64,000 bases of DNA from Hungateiclostridiaceae bacterium UBA1305 (GTDB taxonomy: Bacteria > Bacillota > Clostridia > Acetivibrionales > DTU013), in the NCBI GenBank assembly GCA_002307275.1, contig DBTX01000008.1, forward strand, positions 36,079 through 100,078. The letters are read 5' to 3'. Numbering within the stretch: the stretch's first letter is position 1; every line of letters starts with the position of its first letter. The position numbers and the translations under genes are program-made. Positions 8,001 through 16,565 of this stretch are shown piece by piece. Under the pieces are notes generated by a model that ran no database searches, was not told the origin of the DNA, and saw only the letters and a list, made by a program, of their open reading frames with translations.

Positions 8001-10931
8001 GGCAGCGTAGCGGCGGGCGACGCGAGACAGTACCGCTGTGTGGTGATAAATACGGATGGAACCATATCGGCGCAGACCACGTCGGATACGGCGACACTGA
8101 TGGTGACATATTCCGTCACCGTGACAGACAACGGGAACGGTACGGGAAGCGCGAGCCCCGCCACCGCGACACTGGGCGACGATGTCACTCTGACGGCAAC
8201 GCCAAGCACCGGATACCACTTTAAGGATTGGCAGGTCATCAGCGGCGGTGTGACCGTAACAGGCAACAAGTTCACCATGCCGGCTGAGGCGGTCGAAGTT
8301 AAGGCCGTATTTGAGAAGACCAATTATTCCGTCACCGTGACAGATGACGGAAATGGTACAGGAAGCGCAAGCCCCGTTACCGCGACATTGAACGATGAAG
8401 TCACTTTGACGGCAAGTCCCGCCACAGGATACCACTTTAAGGATTGGCAGGTCATCAGCGGCAGTGTGACCATAACGGGCAACAAGTTTACCATGCCGGC
8501 TGAGGCGGTGAAAGTAAAGGCAGTTTTTGAGATTGACACCTATACTGCTACGGTAAATGTAAAAAAAGATGACGCTGCCTCGTCCGAGCCAGTAACAGGA
8601 GTAGTGGAACTGAAGCAGGGCGGAGATACCAAGGCCACGCTTACGGGCGGCAGCGGGATTTACACCGATTCCGTCATAAACGGAATATATAGTGTCTATG
8701 TGAACGGTGAAGATACTGGAAAGACAATTACAATTGATAATGATACCGCAAGTGTTACGGTGGATTACTATACGGTGAGCTTCTCCGCGACGGATACCGG
8801 CGCGGCCTCCGGCAGCAGCATAAGCGCTGCGGCGGGCGGGTCGGGCATTTCAAGCGGCACAGCTGTGCTGGCCGGCAAGCAAATAGTGCTCACGGCTACC
8901 GGCACAGGAGCAAGTTATTACGAATACTTTTGGTCTGGTTCAGGCGCAAACGGTCAGACCGCTGATTTTGTGACCATTTCTTCGCTGAGCTTTCAGGTCA
9001 ATGTGCTGTGCACCGTTACGGGCAGAGCGACCCCGGCAACTTATTCCGTTTCGCTGAATACTAACGGCGGTGCCATTGGCAGTGGAAGCATCCTCTCTTA
9101 TACTTATGGCACCGGGGTGAAGCTGCCCTCCGATGTGACCCGGGAAGGTTTCATTTTCGCAGGTTGGTACACCGGTTCGAATTTTTCCGGCAGCGCGGTA
9201 ACGGAAATCAGCGCCGCAGATACGGGTAATAAGACCTTCTACGCAAAATGGCGGTACTATACCGTCAATGGTACCGTCGTCGATGAGGACAGTAATACGG
9301 TTCATGGCGCAACCGTCACAATCCGCGGAAACAACATTACAAAGCAGACGACAACGACGGATGCGGACGGGAAATATTCTTTCAGTGATATTCCGAAAGG
9401 CGCGTACAACATTATTGCGACATATGAGGTCGTCACCACAACGATCATTATCAATGTGGTGGACGAAGACATAAGCGATGCGGAAATTGTGATGCCGTCG
9501 GTCGGCACAGAAAACAGCGTCTTGACAGTCTCGGATGATACCCCGGACGTGGTGGTGGGCTATCTGGATCAGCTGTTCAACAGCTCGGATGATACCTATG
9601 TCGGCCAAGACAGCGGCAACACAGTGGAAATTAAACTGGCCGTGAAGGAACAGAGTGCGGATGATGCGGATGGTGGTACAGAGATCCTATCCCTTGCGGG
9701 TGGACAATCGATTGGCATGTATCTTGACATGACTCTGATAAAGACCATGACCGGCACAACAGATTCCACCAAGATACTCTCCGAAACAGACAGCCTGCTG
9801 AAAATCATTATTCCCTATGACCTGTCAGACAAAACAAATATTAAAGTCTACCGCGTCCACAACGGAACAGCCGAAGTGATGACAAAACAAGCATACTCTA
9901 CAGATCAGCAAACCTCTGAGTGCTATATGGTGAGCACCAATGAAAATCAGGTCATCGTCTGGGCACGTAACTTCTCAACGTATGCAATTGCCTACTCCAA
10001 TATAGCCTATGACAGCGAAAGCACCAAATACACGGTCGAAGCAACGGCAGGGACAGGCGGAAGCATCAGTCCAAGTGGCAGCGCCAGTGTGACTGCAGGA
10101 AGCAGCAAAACCTTTACTGTTACTGCGGAGGATGGCTATGCCGTCTCCGATGTACTGGTGGATGGCAAGAGCGTCGGCGCGGTCGGCAGCTATACCTTTA
10201 TTAACGTCAAGGCGTCGCATACCATCAGCGCGGTTTTCGCCAAGGTTAAGGGGCTGCCCTATTATCTGGACAGCATCGGCGGAAAGCTGTTCATCGGCTT
10301 CGCGGAGGACAAAAGCGGCGAGATGAAATACATCGCACCGGAGGCAAAGACGGTATTATTCACGCCGAATTCCAAGAACTTCACGGATATCTCGGACCAT
10401 TGGGGAAAATCCTACATAGATTTTGTCACAGAGCGGGAAATCTTCATCGGGACAGGCAGCAACATTTTTTCGCCGGACAAAGGTATGACGAGGGCCATGT
10501 TCGCCACTGTGATCGGCAGGCTCTACGAGCGCAGCTACGGCACACCGGGCGTCTCCGAGGTTCACGCTTTTACAGACTGCGATTATGAGAGTTGGTACGG
10601 TTCTTACATTGACTGGTGCTCGGAAAACGGGATCATTAATGGTATTGGCGGCGGGCTGTTCGAACCGAACCGTGAGATCACCCGTCAGGAAATGGCGGCG
10701 ATCCTGTATCGTTTCGCAGAATTAATGAAAGTATCCGCCATTCCGGCAGGTGCGGCGCTGAGCTATCCAGACTCTGTTAATATTGCTGCCTGGGCAGAAC
10801 AGGCGGCTCTATACTGCCAGGAAGCAGGTATCCTTAAAGGACGCGACGGCAGTAATTTCGCACCAAAGGGAACGGCTACAAGAGCAGAGGTAGCGGCCAT
10901 TTTGGAACGGTTTATTGAAAAAGTAGTTTAG
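2025..10931 (+). CDS. Giant SLH-anchored multidomain surface protein/adhesin (2968 aa)
   Basis: Signal peptide; cadherin/Ig-like repeats; two LamG domains (LNFDGSNDYV, LGFDGTDDYV); C-type-lectin-like segment (YYNWGANEP...ENCL...SWND); DUF5057-like domain (KVLNVYP...GHD...QTGHS); InlB-B/Listeria-Bacteroides-type repeats; carboxypeptidase-regulatory-like domain; three C-terminal SLH motifs (FTDISDHWG, MTRAMF, ITRQEMA, ATRAEVA). Confidence 0.9.
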   Translation: MKHIEIRKKALSLILTFCLLLSLLPGLSLTVCASSNSAPTVANTSVTLPTIAEDVTDSSNAGITISSILNLAAASDVDGNTMGIAVTLVDDSNGMWELCDTEGTWWSITKYHDVTSITDSNAYLIPDGFSIRFLPGADFNGQAFFTFRVWDGTSGSSDTVVDTSGSNHAGSTAFSAGMATAAITVTAVNDTPQIHKYSTGNVLNFDGSNDYVSVPDPGLNNDSFTVEGWIYARSANTYSRFFDFGKGPGDTGDDGRNIIVQIDGTAETKGDLRFEVWNGTDRATDMSMIETSSPFTLNQWVYVSAVYNSATQMGYLYCNGSLEAKGSMKLTPNTTIIRDKSYFGRSNWTADEYFNGQMHSIAVWKEARTAGEVARDMNASFSGAEPNLVLFYPLNDTASSTTAQSTTGSNSGSLLNYSSSGGTEASTANEAMIVNDSTFDYQVSDSAGVNIPVGQMYLKDVDAGAAGVALTLSATNGTLALNTVDGVSITGNGSSIMTVSGTIDDLNEALKTLTYLSSAACTDIITATVTDVGNTSSGGSLSASETIGVTVNAAPDPATTPTITVQPPSSVTVALGHEANFLVTVAGPTSGSSYTCQWQVTTGCGSTWSNISGETGSSYSISSTTKSDNGTQYRCYVYDATDNTSATSDKATLTVLYPIMKMANVTPANSSTSIDVNTQLAMTFNEDVSANSGNIYIDGPSSTVYTIPVTDSNVVINDNIVTITLPGSLDYITKYHILIDPGALVDTYGGAYAGLIDSMAWSFTTTAVPVSSSPAVVLGNTTLNSSDSRYYFDSAAVGGNSIQTILISFSSGVASGDAINLPAAPGGFTVSSTSASNSYTKRINIDTATTGTDNASAVQSYLRDIGFALDSTHTSQSVKVTLTTENVQCDTFYDIDTQHYYQFIPYSSAAGTTWVDAYNSVKSMTYMGRTGYLATITSYGEDTLVNSLSGGMVGWLGGTALKYTDTEPVQGSLYYEGFDTTNINSGSNWYWACGPERGNIFYNGRSSTRNGQTGTEPYYNWGANEPSNSNNSENCLTTLVLGFNGIQGTAFSWNDISYGSKYSTGTYDPKGCFVEYGNLALGSNEIVDTTKYASDGGTIIKLSYAATISGSPVSGQTLTATLTGASGSETLAYQWMREDTAIDKATGVTYKLTDDDVGYKIAVKITVDGSAAVTSPDVGPVTAALKPTLTATADNTHNCVSLTWTPGGTADHYMVYQKDSSETICQSIPVSTVIKVLNVYPDIDGSDSLNKWMDTNSLGSPKINGTQYTMTVTKTSLTEFNTNYATDLKISGGSYNYDVIYFGAWDENNKLELSTNAMKAVKAFIDYGGGCLLGHDTESFTHTNFIDLARTYLNMDVDYKGDWDTGGASSAYPPIGDEKVLVHKKGMLTNYPYSLGDVGTMLSTSLSHSYYEFAMGDVWFTYPSNTFGNQTPLADAEKSVSKGGVAGTNNFYLTTWNNCAAIQTGHSNGVATPDEQKILANTLYYLAQATKSTSATDHMAQDLAAPDDVISSTVAVQTSGDTALNWTAPSDNGSTYDYYVREFSSADGSSYVDSDTKSATVTAGVSKYFYLVDQSSNNPTASEVKAANHATAVSTNINAGTLPAGNYYVHIMAVDNAGNESGVTTASFTVQSVPPVAGSGDALGFDGTDDYVDLGEGNNTLILGNTFTEEAWVYPSETDDAYHGIIGNQIIAESSTRAPGIWVYDYNKVHMGFGSGTDWCNLIDPDAVLTTDEWNHIAAVYDGNTYYLYINGVLKAQKTLNATPCNTPVRFIGKVDNFFNGQLDEVKLWNTARTQAEIRSDMHSHPSSSETCLVGYWNFDEGSGSTASNSSSSGVDGTLTNMNTSSVWISSSAWQSRATAQDSALVIDAGYAPDGGSITLATGSKAPGNGTLSYNDENRTVTYIPTAGYYGSDSFIYTVTANGVTKSYEVHMTVVQKPVMTGPTGVTAAAGASATFSVTVSAPSTGLSYQWQKYDGSNWNNITSATDATYTIGSVAAGDARQYRCVVINTDGTISAQTTSDTATLMVTYSVTVTDNGNGTGSASPATATLGDDVTLTATPSTGYHFKDWQVISGGVTVTGNKFTMPAEAVEVKAVFEKTNYSVTVTDDGNGTGSASPVTATLNDEVTLTASPATGYHFKDWQVISGSVTITGNKFTMPAEAVKVKAVFEIDTYTATVNVKKDDAASSEPVTGVVELKQGGDTKATLTGGSGIYTDSVINGIYSVYVNGEDTGKTITIDNDTASVTVDYYTVSFSATDTGAASGSSISAAAGGSGISSGTAVLAGKQIVLTATGTGASYYEYFWSGSGANGQTADFVTISSLSFQVNVLCTVTGRATPATYSVSLNTNGGAIGSGSILSYTYGTGVKLPSDVTREGFIFAGWYTGSNFSGSAVTEISAADTGNKTFYAKWRYYTVNGTVVDEDSNTVHGATVTIRGNNITKQTTTTDADGKYSFSDIPKGAYNIIATYEVVTTTIIINVVDEDISDAEIVMPSVGTENSVLTVSDDTPDVVVGYLDQLFNSSDDTYVGQDSGNTVEIKLAVKEQSADDADGGTEILSLAGGQSIGMYLDMTLIKTMTGTTDSTKILSETDSLLKIIIPYDLSDKTNIKVYRVHNGTAEVMTKQAYSTDQQTSECYMVSTNENQVIVWARNFSTYAIAYSNIAYDSESTKYTVEATAGTGGSISPSGSASVTAGSSKTFTVTAEDGYAVSDVLVDGKSVGAVGSYTFINVKASHTISAVFAKVKGLPYYLDSIGGKLFIGFAEDKSGEMKYIAPEAKTVLFTPNSKNFTDISDHWGKSYIDFVTEREIFIGTGSNIFSPDKGMTRAMFATVIGRLYERSYGTPGVSEVHAFTDCDYESWYGSYIDWCSENGIINGIGGGLFEPNREITRQEMAAILYRFAELMKVSAIPAGAALSYPDSVNIAAWAEQAALYCQEAGILKGRDGSNFAPKGTATRAEVAAILERFIEKVV
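8109..8540 (+). repeat. Intragenic tandem duplication, 2 x 216 bp (72-aa InlB-B-like repeat)
   Basis: Units start at 8109 and 8325 (TATTCCGTCACCGTGACAGA...); both encode YSVTVTDxGNGTGSASP...GYHFKDWQVISG...FTMPAEAV. Confidence 0.9.
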
Positions 10932-10983
10932 CTCGATTGTTATCAATCATGTCAATGCGGCAAATCAACCTGGCAACTGAAAA

Positions 10984-11023
10984 AACAGCGGTCTGTAAAA
11001 ACTCCACAGACCGCTGTTGTCTT
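10984..11023 (+). terminator. Intrinsic terminator after the giant gene
   Basis: AACAGCGGTCTGT / ACAGACCGCTGTT perfect 13-bp stem. Confidence 0.7.
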
Positions 11024-11077
11024 ATAACGCATCCGGCGGCTCGTGTCCGCCTGATATCCTTGTTCGGCAGATCCAAA

Positions 11078-11215
11078 ATGTTGTTCGAAGTCAAACCGTA
11101 TGAAAAAATTCCGTCAAGGAGTCTCGGTGTCGTATGGCTGAAGGATTCGCCGCTTTCGAAAGCATCTGAGGAATTAATAAGCTATTTCGATGATAATAAG
11201 ATATCAGAAATTTAA
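11078..11215 (+). pseudogene. C-terminal remnant of a LysR-family regulator
   Basis: LFEVKPYEKIPSRSLGVVWLKDSPLSKASEELISY* resembles the last ~45 aa of a LysR substrate-binding domain; no HTH upstream. Confidence 0.5.
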
Positions 11216-11301
11216 TCAGGATAAGTTCTCTTGCTTCTCTACGAAATAATACAAACCCTGTTGAGGCCTGTCAAGTAGTTTTTCAGTCAAAATGAAATGC
11301 G

Positions 11302-11337
11302 CTCCGGATATTGTACGGAAAAGTTCAATATCCGGAG
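11302..11337. terminator. Stem-loop, likely terminator of the thuA-gfo unit
   Basis: CTCCGGATATTG / CAATATCCGGAG 12-bp perfect stem. Confidence 0.6.
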
Positions 11338-11356
11338 GTGCACTTTTAATGTGGGT

Positions 11357-11533
11357 GTTATAACACATCGGTTCAAAATAAAATTCTCCGATTGTAGATA
11401 ATTTATTACCCAGGTTGCAAAATTTCCTCAATAAATTTTACACCTATCTGCGTTTCAACGAGGCTGGCCGCAAGCCAAGCTTGCTGGCTCACCCATGCAT
11501 CCGGGGTCGGGGACATCTTTCGCTTCGTTATAA
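11357..11533 (+). repeat. Dispersed intergenic repeat, copy 1 (MITE/REP-like)
   Basis: Shares GTTATAAC(A/G)CATCGGTTCAAAATAAAATT...CTGCGTTTCAACGAGGCTGG...CCCATGCATCCGGG...GGGGACATCTTT..CGTTAT with 27153-27372. Confidence 0.85.
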
Positions 11534-11537
11534 TACC

Positions 11538-12629
11538 TTAATATTGTGTTCCGAGCGCAAACGCCGCCGGACGTTCACAAGGGCTCTTCAGTTCATAATG
11601 TCTTCCTTCATTCGATGCATCATGGAAGCCCTGCATGATATCGAGCACATGGTAAGCAACTTCTCCATTCGCCCTGTGCTTTCCGCCGTTGACCATCGCA
11701 TGGGCCATATCCGCGACACCCAGTCCCCGGCTGTTTTCATTATAACCGTAAACGAGCGGTATCTCCTTCCACTCCTCCTGTCCGTGCATGCGGAAGGAAA
11801 CAGGACCACCGAAGGTGTTGGGGTCGGGCACCATCATGGAACCCTCGCTGCCATAGATCTCGATCCTGGGCAGATTGGCGTTCCAGACGTCAAAGCTTGT
11901 GATGATGCTGGCTACCGCGCCATTTTCAAAATCAAGGATACCGGCTACATGAGTCGGCACTTCCACATCAATCTTTTTACCGTATTTCGGCTGACTGGTT
12001 ATTGTCCTCTGCGGGAACGAAATCCTTGCAGAGCCAGTGACCCTCTTTGCAGGACCCAGCAGTGCAACCAGTGCAGTCAGATAATACGGGCCCATATCGA
12101 ACATCGGACCGCCACCGGCCTGATAATAAAACTCAGGTGCCGGATGCCAGCTCTCATGCCCATGGCAGGTCATAAATGCTGTTGCTGCAACCGGAGTTCC
12201 TATCCAGCCGTCATCAATAAGCTTTCTGCATGTCTGAAGCCCACCACCCAGGAATGTGTCAGGCGCACAACCAACCAGCAGACCCTTTTCCTTTGCTAAC
12301 GCAAGAACCTTTTTGCCATCTTCCCTGTTCACTGCAAATGGCTTTTCATTATAAACATGCTTCCCGGCATTCAAAGCCGCAAGGTTCACTTCGGCATGCG
12401 CCGCAGGGATCGTCAGATTTAATACGATTTCAACCTCAGGATCAGCCAGAAGCTCTGCAACTGTGCAGGTCTTTGGAATATTGAATTCCTTCGCCTTTGC
12501 TTCTGCATTTTCCATTACAATATCTGCACAGGCAACGACTGCTGTATTCTGAAACATCTGTGTCAAATTCTTCAAATAAATACCGCTGATAACACCGCAG
12601 CCTATGACACCAATTTTTACCTTTCTCAT
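11538..12629 (-). CDS. Gfo/Idh/MocA family NAD(P)-dependent oxidoreductase
   Basis: Rossmann [27 protein letters not shown]. Confidence 0.93.
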   Translation of the reverse strand: MRKVKIGVIGCGVISGIYLKNLTQMFQNTAVVACADIVMENAEAKAKEFNIPKTCTVAELLADPEVEIVLNLTIPAAHAEVNLAALNAGKHVYNEKPFAVNREDGKKVLALAKEKGLLVGCAPDTFLGGGLQTCRKLIDDGWIGTPVAATAFMTCHGHESWHPAPEFYYQAGGGPMFDMGPYYLTALVALLGPAKRVTGSARISFPQRTITSQPKYGKKIDVEVPTHVAGILDFENGAVASIITSFDVWNANLPRIEIYGSEGSMMVPDPNTFGGPVSFRMHGQEEWKEIPLVYGYNENSRGLGVADMAHAMVNGGKHRANGEVAYHVLDIMQGFHDASNEGRHYELKSPCERPAAFALGTQY

Positions 12630-12673
12630 TCGATCACCACTTTCTATAAAATAAATCTTTTTGCAACTTAATA

Positions 12674-13393
12674 TTAAAACATTTTTGCGCTGCTCACAAA
12701 TTCGTCCGCGCTTAGTCCGTCACGTACCACTATATCCTTGCCTTCTGCGGCCCAAAGGAATCCTCTGCGCATCATCTCCAATGCAGAGGGACTATCGAAT
12801 ATATCAGCATGGTGCCCAAGAGAATTATAGAAAACACGTCCGTGTCCCCATCTTTTTGTCCAAACCACGGGCACGTCCACCTGGCCATTCGACGAATGAT
12901 ACCACTTCACAACAGGGAATCGCGTCGTCGCAAGAACCTCTATCGCCGGATCGACATGCACATAATATTGCTCGCTTTTTACAATGAAATCATCAATGCC
13001 TTCAACAATCGAGCCGGATGTCCTGCGAACATCAACACTGTATTCCACTCCGTCTCCGCCCGGATGAGCAACCCATTGGCCTCCGGTCATAAATTGCCAC
13101 TCGACACACTCGCGGAAGGAATCGCACATACCGCCATGACAACCGACAATACCCACTCCCGCAGCGACAGCTTCGATGACCGGCGTTACCTGCTCTTTTG
13201 TTATTTTGCCCATTGTCCAAACCGGAACAATAAGGTGCAGGGACTTCAGCTTATCCGCATCAAGAAACGAATCCAGCGTATCACTAACCTCAACTTCAAA
13301 ATTCTCATTTACCAGGAGCTTTCGGAACACCTCGGCCACCTGCACCGGCTCATGCCCATCCCAGCCGCCATGAACAATCAAAGCTTTTTTCAT
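12674..13393 (-). CDS. ThuA-like (class I glutamine amidotransferase-like) protein
   Basis: [41 protein letters not shown]. Confidence 0.9.
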   Translation of the reverse strand: MKKALIVHGGWDGHEPVQVAEVFRKLLVNENFEVEVSDTLDSFLDADKLKSLHLIVPVWTMGKITKEQVTPVIEAVAAGVGIVGCHGGMCDSFRECVEWQFMTGGQWVAHPGGDGVEYSVDVRRTSGSIVEGIDDFIVKSEQYYVHVDPAIEVLATTRFPVVKWYHSSNGQVDVPVVWTKRWGHGRVFYNSLGHHADIFDSPSALEMMRRGFLWAAEGKDIVVRDGLSADEFVSSAKMF

Positions 13394-13598
13394 CCAGAAT
13401 TCCTCCTTTTATAGATCATGCAAAAAGAATTGCAATATCAAGTTTTTGCATTTATCCTAACTTTCTATACTTTTATTACATGCATATGATTATATAAAAA
13501 ATGCATGTGTGAGTCTCGCCACATTAATATTTTGCATAGACATATTTTGCTCTATTTTGATATAATGTAAGTGAAAAAAAGGGGGGAACCAAGGCCAT

Positions 13599-14456
13599 AT
13601 GAAAGCTTTTTATCAAAACAGGACATATAATAAGGAAGTACCGGTAAGTGCAGCCTTGATAAAGGACCTTGACTTTGTCGCTCACTGGCATACCGATATT
13701 GAAGTGTTGTATGTATGCGAGGGAAGCATAGGAGCGGGCATCAACAGCGAGTACAGGATCCTGCAGGCCGGAGATATTTCGATATGCGGAAGTAATGACA
13801 TCCATTATTATGATAGTGAAGGAATGTCTTCCAACGTCGCACTGATCATCTTCCGTCCCGATATTCTTAACGCCTTCAAGCACTGGCTTTCCAGCCTTCA
13901 GCCACGTTCAATATTTATAGGCAGGGATTTGCAGATCTCTGAGATAACCGGCAGCGATTTTTCCGGTCAAATCAGACAGATCATCAACAGTATCATCAGT
14001 GAAATGGGACAAAAGAAGGAGTTGTATCCCCAGTTTACAGATCTGCGTATATTTGAACTGTTTCTGGCGCTTTTCAGACAGCTTCCGTCCTATTATGCCG
14101 ATTCCGTGCGGAATCCTGATGACTTTCAGACTGCATCGGACATCAAACCGATGCAGAAGGCGCTTACATACCTTGAAGAAAATCATGCACAGGAGATCAC
14201 GCTGGAACAGATATCCAGCGAAGTTAATCTCAGCCGCTTTTATTTCTCCCGCCTTTTTCGCAAAACCACAGGCATGAATTTCAATGTCTACCTGAACCGG
14301 ATCCGCGCGGACAAAGCGGAGGAATTGATCAGAAGCACCAGAAAATCCATCATCGAGATTGCCTATGAAACCGGCTTTCTAAGCATAAGAACCTTCAACA
14401 GATCATTCAAGGCAATCAAGGGCTTTACGCCTCATAGCCTGCGGCGGGCCTGGTGA
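13599..14456 (+). CDS. AraC family transcriptional regulator
   Basis: N-terminal cupin (HWHTDIE) and C-terminal double HTH (IAYETGFLSIRTFNRSFK); divergent from thuA. Confidence 0.93.
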   Translation: MKAFYQNRTYNKEVPVSAALIKDLDFVAHWHTDIEVLYVCEGSIGAGINSEYRILQAGDISICGSNDIHYYDSEGMSSNVALIIFRPDILNAFKHWLSSLQPRSIFIGRDLQISEITGSDFSGQIRQIINSIISEMGQKKELYPQFTDLRIFELFLALFRQLPSYYADSVRNPDDFQTASDIKPMQKALTYLEENHAQEITLEQISSEVNLSRFYFSRLFRKTTGMNFNVYLNRIRADKAEELIRSTRKSIIEIAYETGFLSIRTFNRSFKAIKGFTPHSLRRAW

Positions 14457-14470
14457 TTTAGAGCGCATTC

Positions 14471-15022
14471 CTAGATCCTATACGGGTCTTCGTCGATCAG
14501 ATAGGCTAATATCTCACCTTTTTGATTACTTTCAACGATCCATTTTCTGATTTCCTTAAGCTTTGCATAATTATCCTCGCCAAATTTCCTGCTGTAGCTC
14601 TCCCTAAACCTCTGGGCAGTCATTTCCTTTCTGATCTTTTTTTGCCAGTCGGAGGTAAAAAAAACATTGACTTGATACTGCAGGTTGTGACCGACTATAG
14701 CTTCCCATTCACATTTATCAAGCCACAGGCCGTTGCAATAGGCACAATGATCAACATAAAACGGTATCGCACCTGATACCTTATACTTTATTAGTATCCT
14801 TCCGCAGTCCGGACAAAAGTTGGCTTTCCTGTTGTCATACGCCAAATTGTAATCCTGATTTTCAACTGATAAATCACTGGATTTGCTGCTTTCTTCCTTC
14901 CATAGCATATAATCATGAAATCTTACCCAGTTACCCGAGCACTGGTTACATGTATGGCCTTTCAAACCCAGTTCCAGTTCCTTATCGTACAGTACTGCAT
15001 TCTTGCACACAGGACAAAGCAT
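14471..15022 (-). CDS. Double zinc-ribbon (zf-TFIIB-like) protein
   Basis: CPVC...CNQCSGNW and CPDC...HCAYCNGLWLD. Confidence 0.8.
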   Translation of the reverse strand: MLCPVCKNAVLYDKELELGLKGHTCNQCSGNWVRFHDYMLWKEESSKSSDLSVENQDYNLAYDNRKANFCPDCGRILIKYKVSGAIPFYVDHCAYCNGLWLDKCEWEAIVGHNLQYQVNVFFTSDWQKKIRKEMTAQRFRESYSRKFGEDNYAKLKEIRKWIVESNQKGEILAYLIDEDPYRI

Positions 15023-15137
15023 TATGTTCTCCAGCTTTCTTGAAATATTTCTTTAGTAAAAGGAAATACCTTTTCTATTATATAGATTATCATTCCAATG
15101 GGTCTTTGCAATATACAAAAATATCAGGTACAAACAC

Positions 15138-15169
15138 GACATACTGCTGTCCTGTTCCTATGGTATAAT
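15138..15169 (+). promoter_or_regulatory. WYL/YafY-type operator-promoter GACA-N6-TGTC-N12-TATAAT
   Basis: GACA TACTGC TGTC (15138-15151); extended -10 TGgTATAAT (15164-15169); same geometry at 16508. Confidence 0.65.
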
Positions 15170-15190
15170 TGGAATCGGAGGTGTCTCCTT

Positions 15191-15574
15191 ATGGAAAACA
15201 ACGACATCAGCGGCTATTGCTTAACAAAACCCGGCGCATATGAGGATTTTCCGTTTGGAGAAGTTCCTGTATGTTACAAGGTTTGCGGGAAACTGTTTCT
15301 GCAGCTCTATCCAATACTGGATAACCATAAAATAACAGTCAGCTGCGAGCCCATGATGGCCGACTTCTACCGCATGCAATATCCCGGCATTGTCGTACCC
15401 GGATATCACTGTCCGAACCGGCTCAGACCATATATGAACACAGTATATCTGGACATGGATATTGACGATTCCCTGATTTTCAAGATGATAGACCATTCGT
15501 ACAAACGTGTGGTGGATAAACTGACACGCCTTGAAAAAGCAAGGCTCAGTGAGATTAAGGAGGACAGAATATGA
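15191..15574 (+). CDS. MmcQ/YjbR family DNA-binding protein
   Basis: YCLTKPGAYEDFPFG, YKVCGKLF, PGYH, MIDHSY; RBS GGAGG before ATG 15191. Confidence 0.88.
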   Translation: MENNDISGYCLTKPGAYEDFPFGEVPVCYKVCGKLFLQLYPILDNHKITVSCEPMMADFYRMQYPGIVVPGYHCPNRLRPYMNTVYLDMDIDDSLIFKMIDHSYKRVVDKLTRLEKARLSEIKEDRI

Positions 15575-16479
15575 AGCTCGACCGTTTACTTGGCATTCTG
15601 ACAACGCTGCTCCGGAATGATCGTATCAGTGCGCCGGTTCTTGCGGAAAAATACGAAGTCAGCCGCCGCACAATCAGCCGTGATCTGGACGCCCTGTGTC
15701 AGGCGGGTATCCCGATTGTGACGCAGCAGGGCGGGAATGGCGGCATATCCATTGCTGAAGGTTACAAGCTTGACAAAAGTGTGCTTACCACAGACGAGCT
15801 TTCGAACATGATCGCAGCGCTCAAGGGACTTGGCACCGTGTCGGAAAAAGCGCAGATCGAACGGATGCTGGATAAGTTCTCGGCAAACAAAGATACCGTG
15901 GTATCATTACGAGAGAGCGTTATCATCGACCTTGCCTCCCATCACAAGGGCAGTTTGACCGGAAAAATTGAGATAATTAAGAAAGCCATCCATAAAAATA
16001 GACTGATCGAGTTCAATTATTACTATGAAAAAGGCGAAAGCTGCCGCCGCATCGAGCCATATTTCATTGCATTTCAATGGACCGCCTGGTATGTGTTCGG
16101 TTATTGCCTGGAAAGGCAGGACTGGCGGCTATTCAAACTTGCCCGTTTGTGGGACCTTAAACAATGTGATGAAAGCTTTACACCGCGTGAGATACCGCCT
16201 GAAAAGCGGGATTTCAACGCACGGCTCACCGATCATCTGAGGCTTACAGCATTGTTTGACGCCTCGGCCAAATATCAACTGATAGAGACTTACGGACAGA
16301 ATTGCTACACTGAAACGGACAGCGGCAAGCTGCGCCTTGAAATCGGCTACACCAGCCGGGATTATATATTAAACTGGCTGCTCGGCTTCGGTGATAAGGT
16401 AAAAGTCCTGGAACCTGTCGATATAGCCGGGGAAATATGCCAAATAGCAAAAAACATTGTCTCTCTATATAATATATAA
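15571..16479 (+). CDS. YafY-family HTH-WYL-WCX transcriptional regulator
   Basis: MKLDRLLGIL...YEVSRRTISRDLDAL HTH; RRIEPY...WYVFGYC..RQDWRLFKLAR WYL; VKVLEP WCX; ATGA overlap with the upstream gene. Confidence 0.93.
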   Translation: MKLDRLLGILTTLLRNDRISAPVLAEKYEVSRRTISRDLDALCQAGIPIVTQQGGNGGISIAEGYKLDKSVLTTDELSNMIAALKGLGTVSEKAQIERMLDKFSANKDTVVSLRESVIIDLASHHKGSLTGKIEIIKKAIHKNRLIEFNYYYEKGESCRRIEPYFIAFQWTAWYVFGYCLERQDWRLFKLARLWDLKQCDESFTPREIPPEKRDFNARLTDHLRLTALFDASAKYQLIETYGQNCYTETDSGKLRLEIGYTSRDYILNWLLGFGDKVKVLEPVDIAGEICQIAKNIVSLYNI

Positions 16480-16507
16480 TAAAAAATGAATAACTATAAA
16501 TGAACAG

Positions 16508-16539
16508 GACATATAGTTGTCCACTTCGGATGATATACT
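16508..16539 (+). promoter_or_regulatory. Second WYL/YafY-type operator-promoter GACA-N6-TGTC-N12-TATACT
   Basis: GGACA TATAGT TGTCC palindrome, then TGaTATACT (16534-16539). Confidence 0.65.
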
Positions 16540-16565
16540 GGAAGAAAAAAGAGAGGTATAAAAAT

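Noticed and set aside
11262-11290. IS terminal repeat-like GGCCTGTCAAGTAGTTTTT
   Set aside because: No partner inverted repeat or transposase found.
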